Below, in pieces: positions 47,966 to 60,652 of a stretch of 64,000 nucleotides of DNA (within the stretch, counting starts at the first letter, position 1; every line of letters begins with the position of its first letter). The position numbers and the translations under genes were made by a program. The notes under the pieces were generated by a model. It did not search any database. It was not told where the DNA came from and saw only the letters and a list, made by a program, of their open reading frames with translations. Source of the DNA: Candidatus Saccharimonadia bacterium (lineage in GTDB: Bacteria > Patescibacteriota > SICC01); contig JANWJF010000001.1 of the NCBI GenBank assembly GCA_025449535.1, forward strand, positions 677,136 through 741,135. Direction: 5' to 3'.

Positions 47966-48814
47966 ATGGAAAGTGAAACCCTACAATCTGACTCAGCGGT
48001 CGTTGTTGATGGCGCACGCGATGGCCTGGCCCGGCAAGTCTGGGAAACCGCTCGGAGTGCCTGGGCCGAGTCTCCGAAGGGGGGAAAGGACGAAGCTCTG
48101 GAGTCGGCACTGCGCACCTGTGCCGAAGCTTATCCGGAATTGCTTCCGGGGGTATTCCAGCGTGGCATCGACTCGTCCCGGCCGGCTCCGGAACAACGGG
48201 CATTCGCTGGACAGCTCGTACGGCTGGCAGAGCACGATCCTGGTCAGGCTGCGGACATTTATCGTGAACTGGTAAAGCGGACCGATCGCAAGCCGGGCGT
48301 CGTGACCGCCGCGCTCGGCGCAGTCGAGATGATGCGTGAACGCGACCCGGATACGTTCGCATTGCTGATCGCCGAGACCAAGGTCGTGCTTGGCGTCGAG
48401 AGTGCCGAGTGGAAGAAAGCGCGGTCGCTTCTCTTCGACGGATCGCATTCCGGCTATGCCGCGCACAACGTCATCGAACCGGCGTTGCGCAGCGAGAACG
48501 AGGTAGTCCGACGCATGACGGCCCGGCATCTATTGCCTGAGTTGACGACCAAGGCCCAGTACGGTCGGGAGATTCTAGACATGATCGAAGATCGGCTGGG
48601 ACAGGACGACGATTCATTGACAGTCCGGGCTTGCGTTGCCCACCTTCCGGAAGTGTATGACCGTCGGCCGGGACAAGCACGTCGAATCGCCGAATCGGCC
48701 TATGGCCACTCGATCGCCGTGCGGGAAACTGTGGTTAGGGCGATGACCGAGGCCGGGATGGCTGACAAGCTGCCGATCGGGCAAGGATTTTCTGAGGATT
48801 TACGTCTCGTCTGA
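47966..48814 (+). CDS. hypothetical helical-repeat protein, paralog A (282 aa)
   Basis: ~45% identical to the downstream gene; shared WKKARSLLFDGSHSG…RRPGQARRI…AGMADKLP blocks. Confidence 0.55.
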   Translation: MESETLQSDSAVVVDGARDGLARQVWETARSAWAESPKGGKDEALESALRTCAEAYPELLPGVFQRGIDSSRPAPEQRAFAGQLVRLAEHDPGQAADIYRELVKRTDRKPGVVTAALGAVEMMRERDPDTFALLIAETKVVLGVESAEWKKARSLLFDGSHSGYAAHNVIEPALRSENEVVRRMTARHLLPELTTKAQYGREILDMIEDRLGQDDDSLTVRACVAHLPEVYDRRPGQARRIAESAYGHSIAVRETVVRAMTEAGMADKLPIGQGFSEDLRLV

Positions 48815-48871
48815 GCGCTTCGCCGTCTACTATCTTCTTCAGGTAGAAGTCTTCTTGTATAATGCCCGGTC

Positions 48872-49705
48872 ATGGCTCCTGAAGAACAATCCGACGCCGA
48901 ATCCCCGGTCGACCGCGTTCTTGTAAGTCATGCTGCCGAACGTGCCTGGGAAGACGCTCATATCGCTTGGTCGGACGCACTGCAAGGCGACAAAGGTGAG
49001 ACCGTTCGGGAGTCACTCGGTGTCTGCGTCGAACACGCTCCTGGCTTGCTGCGGAAAGTACTAGAACAGGGCGTCGCCCTGGAGCGGCCGCTCGCGGAGC
49101 AGAGGGCGTTTGCCAGGCAGTTGGATTTGCTGGCGGAGCATGACCCTAGGAGTGCTGAGGCGTTGTACCGAGATATCGTCATGCGTGACGGAGGCAAACC
49201 GACAGTAGTCACTGCTGCCTTAGAGGGAGTTGGTGAAATCAAGGAAATCCACTTGGAGACCTTCGCCATGATGATCGCGATAACCCTGTCCAAGTTCGCG
49301 GAAGGATCTATCGAATGGAAGAGAGCGCGGTCGTTGTTATTCGGCGGGTCACATTCGGGGCAGGCTGCCGTGGACCCGATCACGGAGGGACTCCGGAGCG
49401 AGCGGGAGGACATACGTCGCCTGACCGCCCGCTGGCTACTTCCGGAACTGGCCAAGAAGAAGCAGCTCGGCACAACGATCCTGGATTTGATCGAAGAACG
49501 CTTGGAGGTCGACCGGGATCCGGTGACGGCCCGGCATTGCGTCGAGCAGCTACCCGCGGTGTTCGGTAGGCGCCCGGGCCAAGCACGGCGAATCGTCACG
49601 AAAGCTTGGCACTATCCGGATCCGACCGGCGCGGAAGCCGTGCGGGATGCCCTGGTCCGCGGCATGCACCGGGCCGGCATGGCCGATAAGTTGCCAGTAG
49701 AGTAA
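48872..49705 (+). CDS. hypothetical helical-repeat protein, paralog B (277 aa)
   Basis: Tandem paralog of 47966..48814; TATAAT hexamer 8 nt upstream of the ATG. Confidence 0.55.
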   Translation: MAPEEQSDAESPVDRVLVSHAAERAWEDAHIAWSDALQGDKGETVRESLGVCVEHAPGLLRKVLEQGVALERPLAEQRAFARQLDLLAEHDPRSAEALYRDIVMRDGGKPTVVTAALEGVGEIKEIHLETFAMMIAITLSKFAEGSIEWKRARSLLFGGSHSGQAAVDPITEGLRSEREDIRRLTARWLLPELAKKKQLGTTILDLIEERLEVDRDPVTARHCVEQLPAVFGRRPGQARRIVTKAWHYPDPTGAEAVRDALVRGMHRAGMADKLPVE

Positions 49706-49711
49706 TCAGAC

Positions 49712-50068
49712 TTAAGCAGTCTCAGCCCAGTCACGTTGCTGCTGGGCAAGTTGCCCAATCCAGGCGTCGTTGCCGTTCTCGACCTGCTCCCGCAACCAAC
49801 CTAGGAATTCTTGGTTGGCTTCGCAGCTTGCCGCTAGCCATTGCTGGTTGGCCTGACTTAATTGCAATGGCGTCTCTCCGGCAGTCGTCCGGTACCGCGG
49901 CCAGACCGACGGCAGGCTTCGTTCACCGGAGTGCCAATCGCGCAGCTTCGTTTCCGGGTCTTCTTCCTCCAGTCGGCGCTGGATGTACGCCAGTGCCAAC
50001 TCGGTGTTCTCGGCGTTGCCGGTGGGTTGGGTGCCTTCTGCTGATCCTGGTTCACTCATAACGAACAA
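49712..50068 (-). CDS. hypothetical protein (118 aa)
   Basis: ORF convergent with the paralog pair. Confidence 0.35.
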   Translation of the reverse strand: MFVMSEPGSAEGTQPTGNAENTELALAYIQRRLEEEDPETKLRDWHSGERSLPSVWPRYRTTAGETPLQLSQANQQWLAASCEANQEFLGWLREQVENGNDAWIGQLAQQQRDWAETA

Positions 50069-50112
50069 TCGTAATCCATCGTGGTATCATCGTCTAGTAA
50101 CTTAGATTAGCC

Positions 50113-50649
50113 ATGAGCCAAGCAATCCTCAGGAAGGTCGCGGCCAAGCAGGTCAAACCGATGTTCACGGACGTCAGGTCCGGCGACCGCGTGCGCGTCT
50201 ACACGACCGTCAAAGAAGGTAGCAAGGAGCGGACGCAGTATTTCGAAGGCCTGGTCATCCGCCGCCGCGGCGGTATCGGCCCGGAGGCGACGTTCACCGT
50301 CCGGCGGATCAGCTCCGGTATCGGCGTGGAACGGATCTTCCCGCTACATTCGCCGAAGATCACGAAGATCGAGGTCCAGCGGGCAGCCAAGGTGCGCCGC
50401 GCGAAGCTGCACTACATGCGCGAGCGCGCTGGCAAGGCGGCCCGGATGAAGGAAGTCCCGGTCAAGCAGGCCGACCGCGAGGTCATCCACCCGTGGACCG
50501 AGGTCAAGGCGAAGCCGGCCCCGTCCAGTCAGGCAAGCGACAAGCAGGCGCCGGTGAAAACGGCTACGGTGGAAACGAAGGCGAAACCCGCAGTAGCGAA
50601 AGCCAAGTCCGATGTCGCCGACGAAACGAAACCAGCTGAGAAAAAGTAA
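50113..50649 (+). CDS. rplS: 50S ribosomal protein L19 with a C-terminal Lys/Ala-rich extension
   Basis: Conserved L19 core (…[15 protein letters not shown]…[17 protein letters not shown]…). Confidence 0.9.
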   Translation: MSQAILRKVAAKQVKPMFTDVRSGDRVRVYTTVKEGSKERTQYFEGLVIRRRGGIGPEATFTVRRISSGIGVERIFPLHSPKITKIEVQRAAKVRRAKLHYMRERAGKAARMKEVPVKQADREVIHPWTEVKAKPAPSSQASDKQAPVKTATVETKAKPAVAKAKSDVADETKPAEKK

Positions 50650-51271
50650 CGCGCCGGGAAGGATCCGAGAGCGGCACTGGTCGGGTACCGGTGCGGTCGT
50701 CTGTGGCGTGGACGAGGTCGGCCGAGGGGCCTGGGCAGGTCCGTTGGTGGCCGCCGCGGTGGTGCTTGATCCCGACTCCCGGTTGCACGGTATCCGAGAC
50801 TCGAAGCTGCTCCCTAAGAAGGACCGGGAGCGGATCGCCGCGTACGTCCGCCACCGGGCGGTAGCCGTCGGGGTCGGCACGGTCGACATCGGTGAGTTCA
50901 ACGAGCACGGGTTTTCCTGGGCCTTGCGTGAGGCCGGCCGGCGGGCGGTCGAAGGGCTCGGGGTCGAGCCGGGCCGGGTCCTGCTCGACGGCCACCATGA
51001 CTACTTCGGCGGCATGTATCCCTGCGAGACGATCATCAAAGGCGACCTGACGGAACTGTGCATCGCGGCCGCGTCCGTGGTCGCGAAGGTCCACCGCGAC
51101 GGCCTGATGGCGGAACTCGCCGAGGAGCACCCGCGGTACGGGTTCGCCAGTAACGTCGGATACGGCACGCCGGACCACCGGCGCGCCCTGCAGGAGCACG
51201 GCCCCTGTGCGCTGCACCGCACGGACTGGGCGCCGGTCGCGGCCGCGGCGCAGCAACGGCTCGCCGTCTGA
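50612..51271 (+). CDS. rnhB: ribonuclease HII
   Basis: [23 protein letters not shown]-terminal motif; start overlaps the rplS 3' end by 38 nt. Confidence 0.8.
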   Translation: MSPTKRNQLRKSNAPGRIRERHWSGTGAVVCGVDEVGRGAWAGPLVAAAVVLDPDSRLHGIRDSKLLPKKDRERIAAYVRHRAVAVGVGTVDIGEFNEHGFSWALREAGRRAVEGLGVEPGRVLLDGHHDYFGGMYPCETIIKGDLTELCIAAASVVAKVHRDGLMAELAEEHPRYGFASNVGYGTPDHRRALQEHGPCALHRTDWAPVAAAAQQRLAV

Positions 51272-51287
51272 CTGCTACAATACGCTT

Positions 51288-51629
51288 GTGATAAGCAAGC
51301 GACAGTACGGTGCTCGCGGCGAACTGCGGGCACAGGCATACTTGGTCGGCAAAGGCTTCAGGCCGGTCGCGGCCAACTACCATGCCCGGTATGGTGAGAT
51401 CGACCTGGTCATGCGGGACGGCCGGGAACTCGTGTTCGTGGAAGTGAAGACCCGGCGCGACGGGGCAGCCGGGCACCCGGCCGAGGCGGTCACCGCGACC
51501 AAGCTCCGGAACGCGGTCAGGGCGGCGGTCCTGTTCCGCCGCGAGCACGCCGTCCGGGGCCCGTGGCGGATCGACGTAGTCGCGATCACCGGCGAAGCGG
51601 TCGAGCACTACCGGAACGTGACCGCCTGA
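51288..51629 (+). CDS. yraN: YraN-family (UPF0102) endonuclease-like protein
   Basis: GARGE…AQAYL…GEIDLVMRDG…VFVEVKTR motif; GTG start 6 nt after a TACAAT hexamer. Confidence 0.7.
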   Translation: MISKRQYGARGELRAQAYLVGKGFRPVAANYHARYGEIDLVMRDGRELVFVEVKTRRDGAAGHPAEAVTATKLRNAVRAAVLFRREHAVRGPWRIDVVAITGEAVEHYRNVTA

Positions 51630-51651
51630 CCGTGGTATACTGGCCCCGTAT

Positions 51652-51673
51652 GGAGCCTCAGGCTCCGTTTTTT
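51652..51673 (+). terminator. intrinsic terminator or leader hairpin (GGAGCC tca GGCTCC GTTTTTT) 14 nt upstream of nusA
   Basis: Perfect 6-bp stem plus a T-tract. Confidence 0.6.
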
Positions 51674-51686
51674 ATCATCCGAAATC

Positions 51687-53267
51687 ATGAAACTCGACAT
51701 CGACCCCAAGGCGTTCTCGGAAGCGATCGAACAGATCGCCTACGACCGGAAGATCCCCAAGGAGCGGATCTTCGAGACCGTGGCCTCGGCGATCGCCGCG
51801 GCGTACCGGAAGGATTACGGCTACCCGGAGCAGCACGTCCGGGCCGACTTTAATCCGGAGAACGGCGAGACCAAGCTCTTCATCGTGCACGAACTGGTTG
51901 CCAAGAAGGACGACGTCGAGAACGAACACGTCCAGATGACCGTCACCGAGGCACGCAAACAGGGCGTGAAGAGCCCGAAGGCCGGCGAGAACTGGGAAGA
52001 GCCGGTCGAGCCGCCGTCCGGATTCGGACGGATCGCGGCCCAGACCGCCAAGCAGGTGATCATCCAGCGGATCCGCGAGGTCGAGCGGGAAATCGTCCGC
52101 GACGAGTTTACCGACCGCACGGGCGAGCTGATGACCGGTTCGGTCCAGCGGATCGAAGGTCGGAACGTCTTCGTCGAAGTCGGCCGTGCCGTCGGAGTGC
52201 TCGCCCCCGGCGACCAGATCGAGCGCGAACGCTACTACATCGGCCAGCGCCTGCGGGTGATGCTTCGCGAGGTGGACCCGGAGGGTCGGGCCGCCCAGCT
52301 GCTCTTGACCCGGTCGCATCCGGACTTCGTGCGCCGGCTGTTCGAGCTGGAGGTCCCGGAGATCCACGCCGGTACGGTCGAGATCAAGTCGGTCGCCCGG
52401 GAAGCGGGCGTTCGCAGCAAGGTCGCCGTGGCGTCCAACCAGGAAGGCGTCGACCCGGTCGGCACCTGCGTCGGACAGCGCGGCACCCGGGTCCAGGCGA
52501 TCATGGCCGAGCTCGGCGACGAGAAGATCGACATCGTACTCTTCGACGAGGACTCCAAGACCTACATCGAGAACGCGCTCAGCCCCGCCAAGATCTCGAA
52601 GATCGAACTCGACGAGAAGACGAAGACGGCCACGTTGAAGGTCGCGGACGACCAGCTGTCGCTGGCGATCGGCCGCGGCGGCCAGAACGTCCGCCTGGCG
52701 GGCGACCTTACCGGTTGGCAGATCGACATCGACAAATCGGAGTCACAGCGGAGGGCGGGCGAAGGCGAGGACGCCGACGCGTCCGGCGTGATCGCCAGCA
52801 TCCCGATCGGTACGGTTGACGGCGTCACTGAGGACGAAGCCAAGGCGTTCGACGGCGCGAAGCTCGAATCCGCCCAGAAGATCGTGGCCGCAGAGGACGC
52901 GGACCTCGACAAGATCAAGAGCGTCGAGCCGGACCGTCGCAAGGAGATCCAGCAGCTGGCCGCCCAGGCGGTGAGCGAGGCCGACGACGGCGGGGCCGGG
53001 GAACCGGACGCGGATAAGGCATCGAAGGACGAGAAGGAAGACAAGGACGCGCCGGCCGACCCGAAGGAATCCGACGGTGACGCGTCGGACACCGCTGATA
53101 CGAAGGGCGAGACCTCCGCACCGGCGAAGGACGCCCAGGAAGACGCGCCGGTAGCCGATACGGGCGATACGGACGAAGCCTCCGGAGAAAAGAAGCCTGC
53201 CGAGAAACAGGCCCAGGATTCGGAAGAGAAGGCCGAGCCGTCCGAAGACGAAAAGAAGCCCGAATAG
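51687..53267 (+). CDS. nusA: transcription termination/antitermination factor NusA with an acidic C-terminal extension
   Basis: N-terminal domain, S1 domain, two KH domains; 526 aa. Confidence 0.9.
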   Translation: MKLDIDPKAFSEAIEQIAYDRKIPKERIFETVASAIAAAYRKDYGYPEQHVRADFNPENGETKLFIVHELVAKKDDVENEHVQMTVTEARKQGVKSPKAGENWEEPVEPPSGFGRIAAQTAKQVIIQRIREVEREIVRDEFTDRTGELMTGSVQRIEGRNVFVEVGRAVGVLAPGDQIERERYYIGQRLRVMLREVDPEGRAAQLLLTRSHPDFVRRLFELEVPEIHAGTVEIKSVAREAGVRSKVAVASNQEGVDPVGTCVGQRGTRVQAIMAELGDEKIDIVLFDEDSKTYIENALSPAKISKIELDEKTKTATLKVADDQLSLAIGRGGQNVRLAGDLTGWQIDIDKSESQRRAGEGEDADASGVIASIPIGTVDGVTEDEAKAFDGAKLESAQKIVAAEDADLDKIKSVEPDRRKEIQQLAAQAVSEADDGGAGEPDADKASKDEKEDKDAPADPKESDGDASDTADTKGETSAPAKDAQEDAPVADTGDTDEASGEKKPAEKQAQDSEEKAEPSEDEKKPE

Positions 53268-53430
53268 TCCAGTTGTACAGCAGGCAGGGAAACGCTTGAC
53301 TCTTGGCAGGCTTGCTATACTGTAATGGCGCAACCCAAAATAGGCTGCGTGAACAAAAACCACATTACGATTTTTTAGCAGTCCTTCCAACGAAGGAACT
53401 TCTCGCACCATCCATACTTGAGGAGGAATC

Positions 53431-55944
<2,514 letters not shown>

Positions 55945-55971
55945 GCGAGCTTCCTGGAGTACACTGGTTCC

Positions 55972-56895
55972 GTGGACCAAGACGCGATCCAACTAGTCAT
56001 ATTCATCGGCCTACTGACGGTACTGGCGCTGGTCGTCACCCGACGGATCGTCCGTTCGCACACCAAGTCGCTGTTGACCACGTTCGTCGGGGTGCTGGTC
56101 GGGCTGGTAGTCGGGGCGCTACTATCGCTACCGCTGGCAACCTTGCCGACACCGTATGGCACCGCGCTGCCGATCGCGGTGACGATGATCACCGTGGCGA
56201 TGTTCGGGACGCTGTTCGCGGTCCGCGGGTCGCTGTTCGTCTCGTTCCTCTACCAGGCGGTCACCGGGCGAGGCACGCCCGCTGGCCGGGAGATCGTGGT
56301 GGATACCAGCGCGATCATCGACGCCCGGATGCTCGATGTCGCCAACGCGGGGTTTCTCTCCGGCACGCTGCTGGTCCCCAGGATCGTCCTGGAGGAACTG
56401 CAGCATATCGCCGATTCGACCGATCCGCTGCGCCGTGCCAAGGGCCGCCGAGGACTGGAGACGTTGACCGCCCTGGAGAAACATTCGGAGGTGCTCGTCG
56501 AGATCGTCGAGGTCACCGGCCGGGTGAAGGCGGTGGACAGCAAACTCGTCGAGATCGCCAAGCGCCGCAAGGCCGCGATCATGACCACCGACTACAACCT
56601 CAACCGCGTCGCCGAGATCGAGCGCGTGCCTGTGCTCAACGTGAACGAACTGGCCGGCGCGCTCCGGCCTCCGGTGTTGCCTGGGGAGGAGCTGGAACTG
56701 AAGGTCGTCGGGAAGGGCAAGGAGCGAGGACAAGGCGTCGGCTATCTGCCCGATGGCACGATGATCGTCGTCGAGAACGGCGACAAGCTGGTCGGCAAGG
56801 AAATCACCGGCGAAGTCAGCCGTTCGCTCCAGACCGTGGCAGGCAAGATGATCTTCGTCAGTCCGAAGAAGACGAAACCGGTCCGTCAGAAGTAG
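55972..56895 (+). CDS. PIN/TRAM-domain membrane protein (YacL-like)
   Basis: N-terminal transmembrane segments, a PIN-like core (VVDTSAIIDARM…TDYNLNRVA) and a C-terminal TRAM β-barrel (GEELELKVVGKGKERGQGVGYLPDGTMIVVENGDKLVGKEITGEV). Confidence 0.7.
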   Translation: MDQDAIQLVIFIGLLTVLALVVTRRIVRSHTKSLLTTFVGVLVGLVVGALLSLPLATLPTPYGTALPIAVTMITVAMFGTLFAVRGSLFVSFLYQAVTGRGTPAGREIVVDTSAIIDARMLDVANAGFLSGTLLVPRIVLEELQHIADSTDPLRRAKGRRGLETLTALEKHSEVLVEIVEVTGRVKAVDSKLVEIAKRRKAAIMTTDYNLNRVAEIERVPVLNVNELAGALRPPVLPGEELELKVVGKGKERGQGVGYLPDGTMIVVENGDKLVGKEITGEVSRSLQTVAGKMIFVSPKKTKPVRQK

Positions 56896-57361
56896 GCTCA
56901 TCCTCGCCGAACTCCGCTTCGTAAGCGGCCTCCAGTCTGTCTAGCGTCCTCAGGAGCGGGTCGTGGTTCCGGCCGTTCCGCGGAATCGCTCGCCGTCGCT
57001 CACCGACAGTCCGTCTCAGCGCTTGGGTACGGATATCGCCCTCATGCTCCTGTGCATACCATTCGCCGAACGTCAGCACCATGAGGCCCCGGACCTCCTT
57101 GAGTTCCCGGACGTACGTCTCGTCGAATGCCGTCGCAAGGGCGCAGGCTTCGTACAGGCCCGGCAGGCGGTCCCGTGCCTCAGCCTGTTCCCGTGAGGTC
57201 TCTGCCCCGACGCACGCGTCCATTGCGGCCACGCTCCGTGCCGCAAGCTCGGAGACGCACGCTCGCACCGGTCCGTCCTTCCGGCACCCCTGAAAGTACC
57301 GGACCATGTCGAAGGCCTGTCCGTCGATTCCCTGGACTCCCGCGGCTTCGGTCGGAGTCAT
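56858..57361 (-). CDS. hypothetical protein (167 aa; ATG at 57361)
   Basis: ATGA-coupled to the upstream gene on the same strand; 3' end overlaps the yacL-like gene. Confidence 0.4.
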   Translation of the reverse strand: MTPTEAAGVQGIDGQAFDMVRYFQGCRKDGPVRACVSELAARSVAAMDACVGAETSREQAEARDRLPGLYEACALATAFDETYVRELKEVRGLMVLTFGEWYAQEHEGDIRTQALRRTVGERRRAIPRNGRNHDPLLRTLDRLEAAYEAEFGEDEPTSDGPVSSSSD

Positions 57362-57855
57362 GTGGCGTCCTTGCGGTACAACTTCGATATCTCGCACAGC
57401 GCCGTCAGTTCATGCTGCAGGGGCAGGAGCTTGGTTGCGGCCCGGCTCCTTTTCCTGACCACGTCCTCGAGCGTCCGCGCGATGGCTCGCTCGGGGTTCA
57501 GGATGTCTTCGTCAATTAGTTTTTCCGCCAACTCGCTGAATTCATCGATCAGTCTGACGTAAAGCAGGCCCTGTGCGTACAGTTCCGGGCGCTGGTGGGC
57601 CGTGTGCTGCACTCCGGGACCGGACAACCAGCCACTTACCTGGCGCGGGGCGTTGTTGTCCCGTACCCGAATTGCCCATTCGTACAAATCCTTGATTTGC
57701 GGGCGATGGAAAATGCGTTCGAGTACGGGATCTGGTTCGGCCGTCTCCTGCTCAGAAGCCGTGTCGGATCCTTTCGTCTCCCGGTCCCATAGCTCATCGA
57801 GCCCAGCGCCGACCGCATCCACGGAGAGTCCATCCTGTTTGGCGCGTTTGCTCAT
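57358..57855 (-). CDS. hypothetical protein (165 aa)
   Basis: Well-formed ORF inside the longer track ORF 57358..58464; divergent from tgt. Confidence 0.45.
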   Translation of the reverse strand: MSKRAKQDGLSVDAVGAGLDELWDRETKGSDTASEQETAEPDPVLERIFHRPQIKDLYEWAIRVRDNNAPRQVSGWLSGPGVQHTAHQRPELYAQGLLYVRLIDEFSELAEKLIDEDILNPERAIARTLEDVVRKRSRAATKLLPLQHELTALCEISKLYRKDAT

Positions 57856-57867
57856 CTTGCTTCCTAG

Positions 57868-59091
<1,224 letters not shown>

Positions 59092-59116
59092 GCTGGATTC
59101 CGTGAGGGCAAAAACC

Positions 59117-59521
59117 ATGGCACTGTCGGTCGTAGCGCTGGTAATCGTCGCCGGCGTGGTGGCGTACCTGCTGTCGCAGAACCGCAGCGAGACGGCCGTG
59201 GTCGAGACCGGCGCGCCCACCGCGGCGCCGACCGGTTCGGCGAGCCCGGAGGCGTCGGACATCGTGACGGTCCGGGTCGGCGCGGACGGCTTCGAACCGG
59301 ACCGGATCACGGTCAAATCCGGCGAGGAAATCGTCTTCGTCGCCTCGTCCGAGTTCGAGGTGGCGAGCGAGCCGCATCCTGTACATACCAGTAACAGCGA
59401 ACTGAACATGCCGCCGCTCCAGGCCGGACAGACGGCCCGGGCGACCGTCACCAAGAAAGGGACGTTCGGAATCCACAACCATAACGACTCGTCCCAGAAA
59501 GCGACGGTGGTAGTCGAATGA
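59117..59521 (+). CDS. exported small protein with a cupredoxin-like β-sandwich signature (tentative)
   Basis: N-terminal signal/transmembrane segment; H/N-rich C-terminal motif; low certainty. Confidence 0.4.
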   Translation: MALSVVALVIVAGVVAYLLSQNRSETAVVETGAPTAAPTGSASPEASDIVTVRVGADGFEPDRITVKSGEEIVFVASSEFEVASEPHPVHTSNSELNMPPLQAGQTARATVTKKGTFGIHNHNDSSQKATVVVE

Positions 59522-60048
59522 ACGTCGTCAGCGACCTGCCGATCGGCAACCCGCCCGACGAGATCAACGTGTTGATCGAGATTCCGCGCGGTTCCAAGAA
59601 CAAGTACGAAGTGGACAAGGGCACCGGCCTGGTGACGCTGGACCGCGTGCTGTACAGCTCGTACGCGTATCCGGCGGACTACGGGATGCTCCCGCAGACG
59701 CACTGGCATGACGACGATCCCTTGGACGCGTTGATCATCAACACCGCCGAACCGTACTATCCGGGCGTCGTCGTGCCCTGCCGGCCGATCGCGGTCATCC
59801 GGATGGTCGACGCCGGTGAAAAGGACGAGAAGATCATCTGCGTGCCGCAGGACGATCCGCGCCTGGAACAGCTGAAGGACAAGGGCGACATCGCTCCGCA
59901 CGTCCTCAAGGAGTTCACCGACTTCTACGAGAACTACAAGAAGCTGCAGGGCAAGGAAGCGAAGATCGAAGGCATCGACGGCGTCGCCGCGGCCAAGAAG
60001 GTCATCCAAGAGGCCGTCGCGCTGTACCAGAAAAAGATTGCCGGCTAA
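59518..60048 (+). CDS. ppa: inorganic pyrophosphatase
   Basis: EIPRGSKNKYEVDKGTG…DDDPLDALI motifs. Confidence 0.9.
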   Translation: MNVVSDLPIGNPPDEINVLIEIPRGSKNKYEVDKGTGLVTLDRVLYSSYAYPADYGMLPQTHWHDDDPLDALIINTAEPYYPGVVVPCRPIAVIRMVDAGEKDEKIICVPQDDPRLEQLKDKGDIAPHVLKEFTDFYENYKKLQGKEAKIEGIDGVAAAKKVIQEAVALYQKKIAG

Positions 60049-60652
60049 GAAGCTCCCGCGCTCGTTTTACGTCCGGCCCACGCTGACCGTGGCCCGAGAC
60101 CTATTGGGCAAGCGGATGGTCCGGCGGTACCGGGGTAAGCGGCTCGCCGGGATCATCGTGGAGACGGAAGCGTACATGGGTCCGGAAGACGTCGCGTCGC
60201 ATGCCCGCCACGGCGAGGACTCCAAGGCCGCGCCGATGTTCGGCGAGCCGGGGCATGCGTACGTCTACTTCACTTATGGCATACACTACTGCATGAACTG
60301 TGTCACTGAGCCTAAGGGATCGGGGACCGGTGTGCTGCTCCGGGCGCTGGAGCCGGCCGAGGGCGCCGGGGCCATGCGTCGCAACCGATACCGGCGCAGC
60401 GTCCATCTGAAGGACGCGCCGGATCAGGAACTGACCAACGGACCGGCCAAGCTCTGCCAGGCGCTCAATTTGGACAAGCGTTTGAACCGGGAGGACTTGC
60501 TTGGCGACACGCTCTGGCTCGAGGACGCGCCGGCCGTCCCTTCACACAAGGTGGAGCGATCTGCCCGTGTCGGCATCCGTCGTGGGCGCGAGCATCAGTG
60601 GCGGTTCTATCTCAAGGACAGCCCGTTCGTCTCGGCACATCCGCGATACTAG
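60038..60652 (+). CDS. mpg: DNA-3-methyladenine glycosylase (AAG/MPG family)
   Basis: TEAYMG…PMFGEPGHAYVYFTYGIHYCMN motif. Confidence 0.8.
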   Translation: MPAKKLPRSFYVRPTLTVARDLLGKRMVRRYRGKRLAGIIVETEAYMGPEDVASHARHGEDSKAAPMFGEPGHAYVYFTYGIHYCMNCVTEPKGSGTGVLLRALEPAEGAGAMRRNRYRRSVHLKDAPDQELTNGPAKLCQALNLDKRLNREDLLGDTLWLEDAPAVPSHKVERSARVGIRRGREHQWRFYLKDSPFVSAHPRY

